Counted from the stretch's first letter, positions 1 to 10,351 are shown. The stretch: 26,953 bases of DNA from Nitrososphaerales archaeon (GCA_965197925.1 CBDAOC010000004.1:1-26953), one strand, 5' to 3'. Translations and numbers: made by a program. Notes: generated by a model from the sequence alone, not told the origin.

Positions 1-126
1 TCTAGAATACTAATTATATCAATAGTAAGAAAACTAAACCTGACAGTATGAACTAATATTCTTGCATTCTAAATGTTATCATTTCTACCAATCATTAACT
101 ATCAGCTAGAATTTTAGGATAGGCTC
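1..126. mobile_element. Possible terminus of an IS5-family (IS1031-like) element running off the left window edge
   Basis: Minus strand reads TAA|GAGCCTATCCTAAAATT (129->110), resembling a GAG-starting IR after a TWA target and similar to the ATCCCAAAACT core of the IS5 IR at 19725-19741. It coincides with the point where the 95..502 protein appears to break off. No partner end is in the window. Confidence 0.3.
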
Positions 127-502
127 TTATTACGTATTTCAAATCTTGTTCACCTCCAAATACTTCAGTTCCAATCAGTTGGTACATGCGTTGTAATACT
201 GATCCACATTCATTGGGCTCCGCTGGTAATGTTACCAATGGTATGTAAGATTTATTATCAGAGCTTTCCAAATCCTTGCCAAGAATAGTTCGAAGATAGT
301 TCCGTACATTGTTATCTTTTCGTTTTAAAATTAAAATATTCTTAAGATGACTCATCAGATTCAATAGAGGTAGCAGAGTAGTAGGATAGAAAAAATATGC
401 TTTCCGTAAATTAATTACATTGGTTTTGATAGACTCAGTTCTATAGTCGCAAAATTCGAGGTAGTTGTTGAACAGCTCAGGATATTGTGTCCCTTCAGCC
501 AT
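95..502 (-). pseudogene. Probably 3'-truncated STAS-like + HATPase-type ATP-binding protein (N-terminal part only)
   Basis: NLRKAYFFYPTTLLPL...VRNYL...SYIPLV...LKYVI resembles the N-terminal half of STAS-like/HATPase proteins, where LxYVI is normally followed by the ELxDN N-box. Here the sequence switches to RAYPKILADS* at the putative IS end. Confidence 0.4.
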
Positions 503-818
503 ACCATCTACAGTTAGAAAGTATCATGCAAAAAGGCTTTCTGAAACATGTCACTTTTTTAGACAAATTATCTGATACATTACCTTCATTATTTTTATTA
601 TTTTCAGCAATCATCGTTACCCATTTCTTCTCTTCCTCAATGAGTCTTAGGGCTTTTACTGCTTGTGTCTGAGAAAAGTTAATAGGAAGTTTTGGGTTAT
701 TGATACTTGGGGTAGGCTCAAAAGTCGTGTTGTTCATGCCGATTGGCGATAATCGGTCACTACCTTCATACGTCATCATCGCCTCCCCGTTCTCATTATC
801 GTTATTCTGTTTCTTCAT
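495..818 (-). CDS. Hypothetical protein, Asn-rich
   Basis: 107-aa ORF overlapping the start of the downstream ORF by 8 nt and divergent from the RHH gene. No recognisable motif. Confidence 0.4.
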   Translation of the reverse strand: MKKQNNDNENGEAMMTYEGSDRLSPIGMNNTTFEPTPSINNPKLPINFSQTQAVKALRLIEEEKKWVTMIAENNKNNEGNVSDNLSKKVTCFRKPFCMILSNCRWYG

Positions 819-907
819 ATTGTGATATGTGTTTATGGGTTAAATTAATGTATGGTTTTATGGTTATATTTATATACTGATGTTTAAGAAGTATATGATG
901 TAAAGAT

Positions 908-1027
908 ATGAAGTTGATAGTGGATATACCCGATGCTCTGCATACGAAGCTTAAGGTTAAAGCTGCACAAGATAACACGACTATAAAGGAGCTGGTTACT
1001 AATGCCATAGAGAAATTAGTAAAGTAA
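908..1027 (+). CDS. Ribbon-helix-helix (CopG/ParG-like) DNA-binding protein, 39 aa
   Basis: Hand translation MKLIVDIPDALHTKLKVKAAQDNTTIKELVTNAIEKLVK* gives an alternating beta strand, then P-D-x-L-H helix A and TIKELV..AIE helix B. TTTATATA TATA-like box at 869-876. Below the ORF-track cutoff. Confidence 0.75.
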   Translation: MKLIVDIPDALHTKLKVKAAQDNTTIKELVTNAIEKLVK

Positions 1028-1119
1028 TATACACTGGGATTTGGTGTGTCGAATAATTATCCAAAAGATCGTGTTCGGTTGACAGAATAAGATTTTGATC
1101 ATCATAACTATGCAACATC

Positions 1120-2258
1120 ATGCCCAATAAAAACTGGAAAGAATACAATGTACTCGTTAGAAGGGGAGAGATACTGTTGGATATGGACTTTTGGATATAG
1201 ACTTCATAGATACATGGCCAGATGAGCTAGCAAAGATGAATGATGGAAAGGTAGGGAAACCATTCGATTACCCAGAATCATTAAGGCTACTGGCAATAGT
1301 GCATGCGTATTTGCTGCCATACAGGCAGTCAAGGATTTACTAGGGCATTGATGAGGCATACAAGTTAGAAGGCACCGGACTTTACGAGCATTGATGGATG
1401 TTAGCATTGATGGATGTTAGCATTGATGGATGTTAGCATTGATGGATGTTAGCATTGATGGATGTTAGCATTGATGGATGTTAGCATTGATGGATTGTTA
1501 GCATGTTTGATGGATGTTAGCATGATGATGGATGTTAGCATTGATGGATGTTCATTGATGGATGTTAGCATTGATGGATGTTAGCATTGATGGATGTTAG
1601 CATTGATGGATGTTAGCATTGATGATAGCATTGATGGATGTTAGCATTGATGGATGTTAGCATTGATTACACGATAGATTCCAATGATATTGTTATAGCA
1701 GCAGACTCTTCTGGAATAAAGGTAGCAAAGAAGGGAATGGATAAGGAAGAGATGGAATGTTAGAAAGGGACACAAAGATGCACATCGCTGTAGATAAGGA
1801 AACGAAAGTAGTTGCTATGAAGGTAACGAAGGGGTATGTCTATGATGGAAGTTGATGCCGTTAGTGAAGCAAGTGAAGAATGTTAATGTTAGCAGTGTAA
1901 TTGCAGATGGTGCCTAATTCAAGAAAGAACTTCAAGTTCCTGGCAGATAACAAGATAGATAGAACCTGTCAAAGTTAGGAAGAACGCATCGCTGCATGCT
2001 AGAAGATGCATGCCTAGGAAGCTATCTGTAAGAGCAGAAAGAAGATCTTGATGCATGGAAGCATAAGCATAGATATGGATACAGATGGATAGCAGAATCA
2101 GTGTTCTCTGTATTCAAGCGTACATTTGGGGAGTATGAAGCTGTAAAATAGAAGAATATGATGGAAGAATATGGTTAAAGAACTGATGCTGAAGGCTTCG
2201 ATATACAACATGTTCGTAGCAATGAATCGAGTGGCCTGGATAATTGCTATGATATGTC
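1120..2258 (+). pseudogene. IS5-family DDE transposase, many frameshifts and stops
   Basis: Fragments MPNKNWKEYNVLVRRGEILLDMDF, APDFTSI, IVIAADSSGIKV, KMHIAVDKETK, VIADGA*, YGYRWIAESVFSVFKRTFGEY lie in shifting frames. The 3' limit is approximate. Confidence 0.85.
1387..1667. repeat. Tandem minisatellite, 16-bp unit AGCATTGATGGATGTT, ~17.5 copies
   Basis: Six perfect units at 1387-1482, then units with small indels interspersed with perfect ones, ending in a partial unit at 1667. No spacers. Confidence 0.95.
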
Positions 2259-2813
2259 AATTATACGACACAGCATTGTAAAACATTTTGTTAAATATAA
2301 TGTTTAAAGTTCATTAACAGTACACTATAACCTGTTGATATAAGCTATATTCAGATTAGACTCGTAATCCATATCATTCATGCCTCTACATACATATCTG
2401 AGCTACCTTGTAATGACCTCACCTATATTGAACATGATCTTTTTTTTACTTCTATACAACTTCATTCCAAAATGATATACTGGTTCATTCTTCAGTTGTT
2501 TTACAATATTCAAATATAAATTGATTAAATTTTATGTAATTTGCAGACTTGTATGAATAGATCAAATGCAGATTTGATCAATGCGAACCGCAGTTCAAAC
2601 TCCTTTTTGATAAACCCAACGGAAATCTTAGAGGTCTTCGATCATTAACAAATATATTTTACCAAAATCTGTGACTAATTTCTTTGCTGCCGTACTCATA
2701 TTCTTAAAAAATATGTAATCCGTTGAATTTTGCACGAAATGAAAGCAAAATATAAACCTTCATTTTTTCTCTATTTACGGTAATCCAAATTTCGGATCGT
2801 CACAACCCTTTAT

Positions 2814-3556
2814 ATGCGATCTCCAAAGTGCAAAGTAACGATGATTGCAATAACTTCAAACAAAACACAGTTAGCAATTGCAATGATAGCAGCATTTGCA
2901 TTTGTTACAACAATTGGAACAACAACACCCGTTTTTGCAACTCATGTATGGAATATAGTAGACTACGAATGGTATATTTGGAGTAGAACTTCAAGTGATG
3001 GACATCTTAGTTATCTAAACTGTGGTAGTGGTAGCCAAAGCGATAACTGTGATTTGAAAATCAAAACAACAAGCGGTGTACAAGGGTATTAACAAACTAC
3101 TCTAAATGGTGAAGTAGATGATGTTGAAACACATTTTGACAATGTAGGTAAAAAAATGTCAATTGACAGAGTTACAACAGCAAATAGTATAATTCGTGAA
3201 GCAAACTTAGGTGACGGTGTAAATGGTTTTACGGATTATGACTTACATTGTACTGCTCATCACTGGTTATGGTGGTGGGTATGCACTACTGAGGACATGC
3301 ACTTCATAAAGATGGATGTACAGCTCAATGATAACGCAAATGATGTAAAATTCAAACTAGCAGAAAATGAAAATGCAAATCCACAAGAATTTGATGTAAG
3401 AAAAATATTAGGCCATGAACTATTCCACGAAATGGGAATGGATCATGAAAGTAGCAGTATTGAAAGTTATATATTATGTCTATGTATTTGGTGTGTCAAA
3501 TGAATAATGAAATGAATAGTACTAACGAAGAAGATTTGGAAGATCAGTACCCATGA
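2814..3556 (+). pseudogene. Secreted metzincin (matrixin-like) zinc metalloprotease, disrupted
   Basis: Signal-peptide-like N-terminus ending TTPVFA. ORFs 2814..3092 and 3156..3503 share a frame and are separated only by the TAA at 3090. Zinc motif HELFHEMGMDH (HExxHxxGxxH). The likely true C-terminus EMNSTNEEDLEDQYP* (stop 3554-3556) is in another frame. Confidence 0.8.
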
Positions 3557-3651
3557 TCAACAAAAAAGTGAGCAGTTTAATAGCACTGGTTGCTGTTATT
3601 GCTGTAGCAGCTGTTGCATATGGCATACATGAAACGAACCCAACTATCTGA
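3553..3651 (+). pseudogene. N-terminal fragment of a secreted/membrane-anchored protein truncated by IS copy 1
   Basis: ATGA overlap with the metalloprotease stop. Reads MINKKVSSLIALVAVIAVAAVAYGIHETNPTI*, with the TGA created at the IS junction. Confidence 0.7.
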
Positions 3652-4746
3652 GGCATGGACATAATTTCATAACAAAAATAACTTGATGCATCTGATTGAT
3701 TAACTTCCGAGCATGTGCTTCAATGCCCTTAATGGCCTTCCTGTTAGATGATTGTAGTACACCATTACCTGATACAATAATACAGATAACAATACAATGC
3801 TCCTTACCTTATCGAACCCTCTAACTAGCAATGGATCTATATCAAATACATCCTTTATGTGCTCTATCAATGGTTCAACGCTTATGCTTCTTTGCGAATG
3901 TACAAGCTGTCCAAATTCAGATTGATAGAACTGCAGTAATGCCAGTCTATTATTATCTGTAGTATGCTTGTACCTTTCCAATGGGAATACTAGTAGATGC
4001 CCTCTATACCTGCTGAAATCACATAACTCATGATCATCATATCCTTCATCTCCTACAATGTATCTAACCCCTTCTGGTAATGGTACTGCTATACTCTCAT
4101 ACAAGTTATTATCAGAAATATTTGCTGTAGTTAGGTCAGCAGACAATGGTAGAATTAATGAGCCTGTACTGCAGGCTATATGCAGCTTGTATCCGAACAT
4201 CCATCCCTTGGTTCTGCTGTAGCCCCATTTTGCATCTGTATCTATACCGGAGCGTGGCACTTCATTCTTCTTCATGTTTGATCTATGCCATACATGTCCC
4301 TTTGCTTTCAACAAGGAACTATCTACAGATGCAACGCATGAATCTATCAGACCCCCATTTATGAATAACAGACCTATGGCATCTATCCTTGCTTTGATAT
4401 CAAAAGATATTAGCTTGAACCTCCTATCTAATGTTCTCCTATCTGGTAACCTATCCAACCCACATGCCTTCATCACCTTCCTATTGTACGGCATATCCAT
4501 ACAGAAATACTGATGCAATGCGTTGTTACTGGGAATCCTTACCCATACTCTAACGATGAAGCACCTCAGTATTGCTGTTGGAGAATAACAGAATAGTTTA
4601 CTTCTTTTCCTATTAGGTTTTGGCCAAGGAATCATACCAATCAAAAATAATATGTGAAGGAGTATGGAGTCTGAGTTAAACACATCAATAATTGGAACTT
4701 AAACCTGATCTTATCGTTTCGAGCTACTTAATTATGTCCAAGCCTC
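3650..4746 (-). mobile_element. Insertion sequence, copy 1 of 3 (DDE_Tnp_1-type, ~1.1 kb), apparently intact
   Basis: IRs GAGGCATGGACATAATT / AATTATGTCCAAGCCTC match at 16/17. Homologous to 14052..15144 and 19832..20922. Confidence 0.92.
3700..4683 (-). CDS. DDE transposase (DDE_Tnp_1; IS4/IS5/IS982-like), 327 aa
   Basis: PDRRTLDRRF, SVDSS (D1), WGYS..GWMFGYKLH, TTANISD, VGDEGYDD (D2), RSISVEPLIEHIK (E). Confidence 0.92.
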   Translation of the reverse strand: MFNSDSILLHILFLIGMIPWPKPNRKRSKLFCYSPTAILRCFIVRVWVRIPSNNALHQYFCMDMPYNRKVMKACGLDRLPDRRTLDRRFKLISFDIKARIDAIGLLFINGGLIDSCVASVDSSLLKAKGHVWHRSNMKKNEVPRSGIDTDAKWGYSRTKGWMFGYKLHIACSTGSLILPLSADLTTANISDNNLYESIAVPLPEGVRYIVGDEGYDDHELCDFSRYRGHLLVFPLERYKHTTDNNRLALLQFYQSEFGQLVHSQRSISVEPLIEHIKDVFDIDPLLVRGFDKVRSIVLLSVLLYQVMVYYNHLTGRPLRALKHMLGS

Positions 4747-4966
4747 ATATAGTTAAAGAACCAAGCAATTTCAGAATATCATGTTTGTAGTAGAACCTGT
4801 ATATACTTATTACAATGACAAATTGATAGCAATAAGAATAGCTTATTCAACTGATTTACGATGTAAATGCTTCGAAGAGCCCATAAGTTCTAAAAGATAC
4901 TATGTTCGTTCTTGCGTAAAGTTACTTTAGATCAATGCTATTGTTCTTACATGTAACCCGAACCTA

Positions 4967-5740
4967 TTATTTTTTGTACCATGCTATCCTATTTGCTATC
5001 ATACCTGCTAAAGCGCCAGCGCCTATACCATTATCTATATTCATCACAGCCAAACCGCTTGTACAGCTCTGTAGCATTGAGGCAAGCGCAGCTAATCCGT
5101 CAGAACCAAACCCATAACCGACAGAAGTAGGAACGCCTATTACAGGAATATCCACCATGGATGATACCACCGACGCAAGAGCACCCTCCATCCCCGCAAC
5201 AACAACTATTGCGTCTACTTCATTAGCAATCATTGCCTTCAACACTGGGAATACCCTATGCATTCCAGCTATACCGACATCGTAATTCACCAACACCTTG
5301 CAACCCATCGCTTCAGCCATTAGCCTGGCTTCATCTGCCACAGCAATATCAGAAGTACCTGCAGTTATTATGCCAACATTCCCATTAATAATATCCACTT
5401 TTTTTCTTTGTACAACTATTGTCCGCGATCTTTCACTTGTAACAATTGTACCTTTTTTATTTAGGAATCTTTGAAGTTTTTTCATATTATTGTTATTTAT
5501 TCTACTAATTATTACCGAACCTTTTCGTTTTAATGCACCATCGACAATCTTTATCAAATCAGAATAGGTTTTATTCTCTCCGAATATAACTTCAGGTATT
5601 CCTTTCCGTGTATCTCTCCCAATGTCTAATTTTGCTATATCCTCAACATATTGAATGGAATGTAATGAAAGCAATTTCTGTGCTTCTCCAACACCAATCT
5701 TTCCTCTTGCCAATTTATCAAGTATATTCTTTAATTGCAT
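4967..5740 (-). CDS. larB: Nickel pincer cofactor biosynthesis protein LarB (NCAIR-mutase/PurE-related)
   Basis: RKGIPEVIFGENK, TAGTSDIAVADEA, DVGIAGMHR, VVAGMEGALASVV, PVIGVPTSVGYG, NIDNGIGA. Confidence 0.92.
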   Translation of the reverse strand: MQLKNILDKLARGKIGVGEAQKLLSLHSIQYVEDIAKLDIGRDTRKGIPEVIFGENKTYSDLIKIVDGALKRKGSVIISRINNNNMKKLQRFLNKKGTIVTSERSRTIVVQRKKVDIINGNVGIITAGTSDIAVADEARLMAEAMGCKVLVNYDVGIAGMHRVFPVLKAMIANEVDAIVVVAGMEGALASVVSSMVDIPVIGVPTSVGYGFGSDGLAALASMLQSCTSGLAVMNIDNGIGAGALAGMIANRIAWYKK

Positions 5741-5876
5741 ACCTTGACTGATATAGTAAGAATATAAAAAACCATACTCTTCTAGAACAATCCTTTGTCT
5801 TGGATAATTTTTCTTGAATGGGAGTATATCAGAGATTCAAAATATATAGTGCTTAGGTAGGCAGTTATACAGGATA

Positions 5877-7097
5877 ATGATTCACACGATGGAACATTCA
5901 CTTAAGGCACTTTCGGATAAAGTCGATCCTCTCTACATTGGTAATCCCATAAGAATTGGGATAATCGGTGGTGGTCAACTGGCGAAAATGATAGCGCAAG
6001 TAGCAAAAAGGATGTCTATACAAGTGATTGTAATAGATCCAACTCCAAATTGTCCTGCTTCAACTTTAGTTGATAAACAGATCGTTGCTGATTTCAAGGA
6101 TGAACTCGCGATAAAACAATTAGTAAATGAATGTGATGTTGTAACTTATGAAATTGAACTAGGTAATTCTGACATTTTGAGTGAATTGGAGATGGATGGT
6201 TTCGCAATTCATCCTTCTGCTGAAACTTTCAAGAGAATTCAGGATAAATTGTTGCAGAGACAAATGCTGAGGGAGAACAATCTGCCTATTCCCAATTTCT
6301 TTGAAGTCAGAAATAAAGAAGAGTTAGTGAAAGCACTGGAAATACTTGGATTTCCTGCAATGCTTAAGGCTAGATTTGAATCATATGATGGGCGTGGCAA
6401 TTTTTTAATTAGGTCTAAAGATCAGTTCGATGAAGCGCTCAAATTCATCATCAGTCGAAGATGTTTCTTGGAGGAATGCATTTCATTTGTAAAAGAAATT
6501 TCGGTCATGATCGCTAGAAATGCTTCTGGACAGGTATTTAGCCATCCTGTTGTAGAAAACGTTCATAATGATAATATCCTTGATATGACGATTGCTCCTG
6601 CAAGAATAAGTGAAAAAGCAAGAAGAGAATCCAAAAATGTTTCTGATGCTGTAGTACGAATTTTGAAAGGTATGGGAATATTTGGAATCGAAATGTTTTT
6701 GATAAAAAATGATAAAGTATTAGTTAACGAAATAGCTCCTCGTCCTCATAATTCTGGTCATTACTCAATCGAGGCTTGTAGTGTCTCCCAGTTTGAACAA
6801 CATATAAGAGCTATTCTTAATTTACCGCTGATCAAACCAGTTTTACTATGTCCCGCCGTTATGGTTAATATCATAGGTGAGGACGGCCCCGATCATCCAT
6901 ATGCACTTGAAGGTATTAAAGATGTTTTTACAATTCCCGGCGCTTCATTACATATTTACGGCAAGGCAAAAACAAGAAAGGGAAGGAAACTTGGTCATAT
7001 CACCGTCCTAGATACTGATATTGAACATGCAATTGAAAAGGCTAGGAGGGCCAAATCATTAATCAACATTAGGGATATGAGTGGTAGAAATGAATAG
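5877..7097 (+). CDS. purK: N5-carboxyaminoimidazole ribonucleotide synthase (ATP-grasp)
   Basis: [53 protein letters not shown]; directly upstream of purE. Start may be a few codons downstream. Confidence 0.95.
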   Translation: MIHTMEHSLKALSDKVDPLYIGNPIRIGIIGGGQLAKMIAQVAKRMSIQVIVIDPTPNCPASTLVDKQIVADFKDELAIKQLVNECDVVTYEIELGNSDILSELEMDGFAIHPSAETFKRIQDKLLQRQMLRENNLPIPNFFEVRNKEELVKALEILGFPAMLKARFESYDGRGNFLIRSKDQFDEALKFIISRRCFLEECISFVKEISVMIARNASGQVFSHPVVENVHNDNILDMTIAPARISEKARRESKNVSDAVVRILKGMGIFGIEMFLIKNDKVLVNEIAPRPHNSGHYSIEACSVSQFEQHIRAILNLPLIKPVLLCPAVMVNIIGEDGPDHPYALEGIKDVFTIPGASLHIYGKAKTRKGRKLGHITVLDTDIEHAIEKARRAKSLINIRDMSGRNE

Positions 7098-7608
7098 ACC
7101 TTTGGTCAGTATAATAATGGGTAGCGACTCTGACCTTACTATAATGAAAGAAACAGCTGAGATTTTGGAGTCATTTGGCGTGGAATATGAATTGACAATT
7201 GTTTCTGCCCATAGAACTCCTCGAAGAATGTTCCGATACGCCAAAGCTGCTAGGGAGAGAGGTGTTAAGGTAATAATTGCTGGTGCTGGTGGGGCTGCTC
7301 ATTTGCCGGGAATGGTTGCATCAGTAACTGATTTGCCTGTGATAGGAGTACCAATTAAAACGAATTCCCTTGATGGATTTGATTCTTTGCTCTCTATCGC
7401 CCAGATGCCCACGGGTGTACCAGTTGCAGCCGTCGCTATTAATGGAGCTAAGAATGCTGGAATACTTGCATGTGAAGTATTGGGTGTAAAGTTCGATTCC
7501 ATAGCCAAGAAAATTGTAAAATATAAAGAAAAAATGCGTAAAGATGTTGAATATAAGGCTTCTAAACTTACATCAGGAGGGTTTCGTAAGTATCTGAAAA
7601 ATAGATGA
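7081..7608 (+). CDS. purE: N5-carboxyaminoimidazole ribonucleotide mutase
   Basis: [45 protein letters not shown]. Alternative ATG at 7090. Confidence 0.97.
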   Translation: MVEMNRPLVSIIMGSDSDLTIMKETAEILESFGVEYELTIVSAHRTPRRMFRYAKAARERGVKVIIAGAGGAAHLPGMVASVTDLPVIGVPIKTNSLDGFDSLLSIAQMPTGVPVAAVAINGAKNAGILACEVLGVKFDSIAKKIVKYKEKMRKDVEYKASKLTSGGFRKYLKNR

Positions 7609-8524
7609 ACTTTTTTATGATGATAATCATGTTTGAACCGACCTCTGACATGATTATATTAATTTAGGACCAAGATTAGGGTTTTTGTTAGCCTCTAAAG
7701 CTCCAGAGTTGAATTGCAGAATTTTATGGCATTTAAAGGGGTATGAGACCATCATAACTCACCAACATTGTTCTATTCAAGAGATCTAAGAGGATTGAAT
7801 CTCCAATAATTAACAAGTTGATTTGACGTCAACCTAATTTTTCACAAGCAGGAAAAAATTCCACCTTCACCCCCTAAATTTCGATTGAACTCATCTTATA
7901 AGGAGCATCAATACCGATTCACTTACTTGGGTACTATTTCTATAGTCTTTCATAATTGTTGAAGAACACTTGAACGAGCTATATATCTACATTTTAACAC
8001 AATTTTTCCTATGTTCCGCCATGCAATCTTGATATTGTTGATTATTAACAAGATTATTCTCAAGATTCAATAATTTCCTTTCCTCTTAACGTATCATAGT
8101 ATATATTGTCATCACATTGGATTTAGCCGTGATGGTCGTTATCATTCCCAATACCTCTAGTTGTTCTAACAAATGAATGTAGGAATATTTATTCCTCCTT
8201 TGTTCTTTTTATGCCCCTGGGAAATATTTTATTCCTAACACCTTTGGAACAACTTTAGTTTGAATACCCTGTATTTTCAACATGTAGAAAATCAGGAAAT
8301 AATAACAATTAGCATAAAATACTTTTTTGGCATAACGTCGATTATGGTCACAAATTTGCTGGTTGTAAATTTTTCTCCTTGAACAATATCCTTAAACAAA
8401 TTGGAACAAGCACGTATCAAATTGTTTTTCTCAGGTCAAAAAGTAAAATGGACTAGATTTAGACTATTTGTGATCTAAGATAGACAATATCCTTTTTATT
8501 ATATTTATCAATTATAATATCGAA

Positions 8525-8806
8525 TTGGTGAAGAGACAATTCGTCATAGAAATAGGAAAGGAACAGATACCTGTAGAAGGACACCAGCCAAGGAATGTGG
8601 CAGTGAAGTATTTAATGAAAAGAAGACGTTCTTTACTCATGACTAGAAATGAGACGAAAGTAGAGGATTTGTGGCATTCTCTGCCTCAAACGATCAAAAT
8701 TCTGGGTAAACAGTCTATCAAAAACTTCAAGATAAATTGGGAAAGAGAAGGCACCTCTGAATTTCAGGGTTCCAGATTTGTCTTTACTCTCGATGAGCAG
8801 GGTTAA
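8525..8806 (+). CDS. Conserved hypothetical protein (appears Nitrososphaerota-type)
   Basis: Clean 93-aa ORF with TTG start after an AT-rich promoter-like tract. The NVAVKYLMKRRRSLLMT segment resembles thaumarchaeal hypotheticals (from recall, not searched). Confidence 0.75.
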   Translation: MVKRQFVIEIGKEQIPVEGHQPRNVAVKYLMKRRRSLLMTRNETKVEDLWHSLPQTIKILGKQSIKNFKINWEREGTSEFQGSRFVFTLDEQG

Positions 8807-8843
8807 AGATCATAGATAAAAGAATGTTGAACTTATCCAATTC

Positions 8844-9227
8844 ATGGTATTCTGGATCTTTAAGGGTGCAAAGAAAAGAACTGCTAAAGAAATTGTTAGA
8901 CAGTGGGAAGAATCACAGGTATCAAATATAACCAAGGATATCACAAGGATGATACCTGAACGTGTTCCTTTTTTACGTGATATAGCACTTAGTTCCTTAT
9001 CAGGTTTAATCAACAAGAATTTGGCATTCTCTGCTAGTGAGCCAAAAGAAGTCTATGGTAATATATACAACATAATCGATACTGTCAGGGTGAAAGCTGG
9101 GGGAGGTATTCCCTTTTTAGGAAAACAATTCAGCTTGTCAATAAAATATAATTTAGAAGTCAACGTGAAGGAAAAAAATGTTGTAGCCAAACCTGACATT
9201 GGTTCAATGAAAATTGATTTCTTTTAA
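8844..9227 (+). CDS. Hypothetical protein
   Basis: 127-aa ORF co-oriented with its neighbours, protein-like composition. Confidence 0.65.
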   Translation: MVFWIFKGAKKRTAKEIVRQWEESQVSNITKDITRMIPERVPFLRDIALSSLSGLINKNLAFSASEPKEVYGNIYNIIDTVRVKAGGGIPFLGKQFSLSIKYNLEVNVKEKNVVAKPDIGSMKIDFF

Positions 9228-9266
9228 ATTATCTTTATATGATATAGATTTCAATAATGATTCTAT

Positions 9267-9404
9267 ATGAGCTTAGATGTAGTAGCGCTCGCTGCTTGGA
9301 CAGTTATCAGTTTGGCATTTATTGTAGTAGTGATACTCCTTTACACAAAGGTATCAAAATCAAAGAAGATAGATGAAAGTAGTGATGAAACATCTACATA
9401 TTGA
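9267..9404 (+). CDS. Small single-pass membrane protein, 45 aa
   Basis: Hand translation MSLDVVALAAWTVISLAFIVVVILLYTKVSKSKKIDESSDETSTY*: one TM helix followed by a Lys cluster. Fills the gap before DUF99. Not in the ORF track. Confidence 0.6.
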   Translation: MSLDVVALAAWTVISLAFIVVVILLYTKVSKSKKIDESSDETSTY

Positions 9405-9957
9405 AAAAAGAGCCATTAGATCGCTTGGAGTTGCTGAAAGTTTTATCAAAACAGAGAGGCAATCTGTTCTTGCTGGTGTTGTGATGCGTAGTGATATGGT
9501 TATTGACGGAATCACCTTCGCGAGTACCACTGTTATGGGTGATGATGCCACGGATGCAATAATTAGTATGCATGAAAAACTTGATCGTACAGACATAAAC
9601 CTGATTATGATAGGAGGTTTGATAATAAGCATGTACAACATTATTGATCCGGAACAAATATGGGATAGATTGAAGATTCCAATAATAGGTGTTACATTCG
9701 AAGAATCTGAAGGCCTTGATACTCATATAAAACGTGTCTTTCCCGATAAATGGATGACCAAACTGGAAGCGTATCATAGGCTGGGTAAGAGGGAGAAGAT
9801 CACTATGAAGACGGGGCATGATGTGTTTGTGCGCGTAATAGGGACCAGTACTAATAGTGCAAAACAGGCTTTGAATAAATTTGTGTTACAAGGGTCTATT
9901 CCTGAGCCCATCCGGATTGCACGATTGTTAGCAAGAGCCAAACTTGACTCGTTATAA
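9373..9957 (+). CDS. DUF99 family protein (endonuclease V-like / endonuclease dU)
   Basis: KRAIRSLGVAESF, LAGVVMRSDMVIDG, GDDATDAI, IISMYNIID, C-terminal IPEPIRIARLLA. ATG at 9385 is an alternative start. Confidence 0.88.
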   Translation: MKVVMKHLHIEKRAIRSLGVAESFIKTERQSVLAGVVMRSDMVIDGITFASTTVMGDDATDAIISMHEKLDRTDINLIMIGGLIISMYNIIDPEQIWDRLKIPIIGVTFEESEGLDTHIKRVFPDKWMTKLEAYHRLGKREKITMKTGHDVFVRVIGTSTNSAKQALNKFVLQGSIPEPIRIARLLARAKLDSL

Positions 9958-10351
9958 TCTTCATAGAATCAATATTATTACAATATATGAAAAATATTAT
10001 TGAATTTACATTTTGTCAACGCTGCCCCTGGAATGACCTGTCATAAATGCAAATGTGTATACTGCAATGAACATGAGTTGCTTGGAACAGAGATTTGTAA
10101 TGAAGAAAATAATAACTGCTCATTCTATCAATATTTTTGTAATAAAATCAGGGTAAACTTTAGATATTTCCATGTTATGCGTCCGAATTGAATCCAAAGC
10201 AAGGAGGATGTATGGGATATATGGGAAAATTTTTGAAGTATGTTCTTCAATGAAAAAAGAATAAACTATAGATCTCATCTACAGCCATAATCAACTGATG
10301 AAATCCTGTGAAGTTATTCTACACTCAGGAAAATATACCATTAATTACGAA

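Larger units (their letters stand above)
1043..2274 (+). mobile_element. Degenerate IS5-family insertion sequence (IS903/ISH1-like)
   Basis: Terminal inverted repeats GGTGTGTCGAATAATT (1043-1058) and AATTATACGACACAGC (2259-2274) match at 14/16 and enclose transposase remnants. No target duplication seen. Confidence 0.85.

Noticed and set aside
802..1008. 68-aa minus-strand ORF
   Set aside because: Antisense shadow of the RHH gene at 908..1027.
1387..1667. CRISPR array
   Set aside because: Units are head-to-tail with no unique spacers, only 16 bp long, derived from transposase sequence, and no cas genes are present.
7610..8520. Decayed minus-strand gene (fragments IGIDAPYK, VEFFPACEKLG, LLIIGDSILLDLL)
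   Set aside because: Too many stops to assign a family or boundaries.
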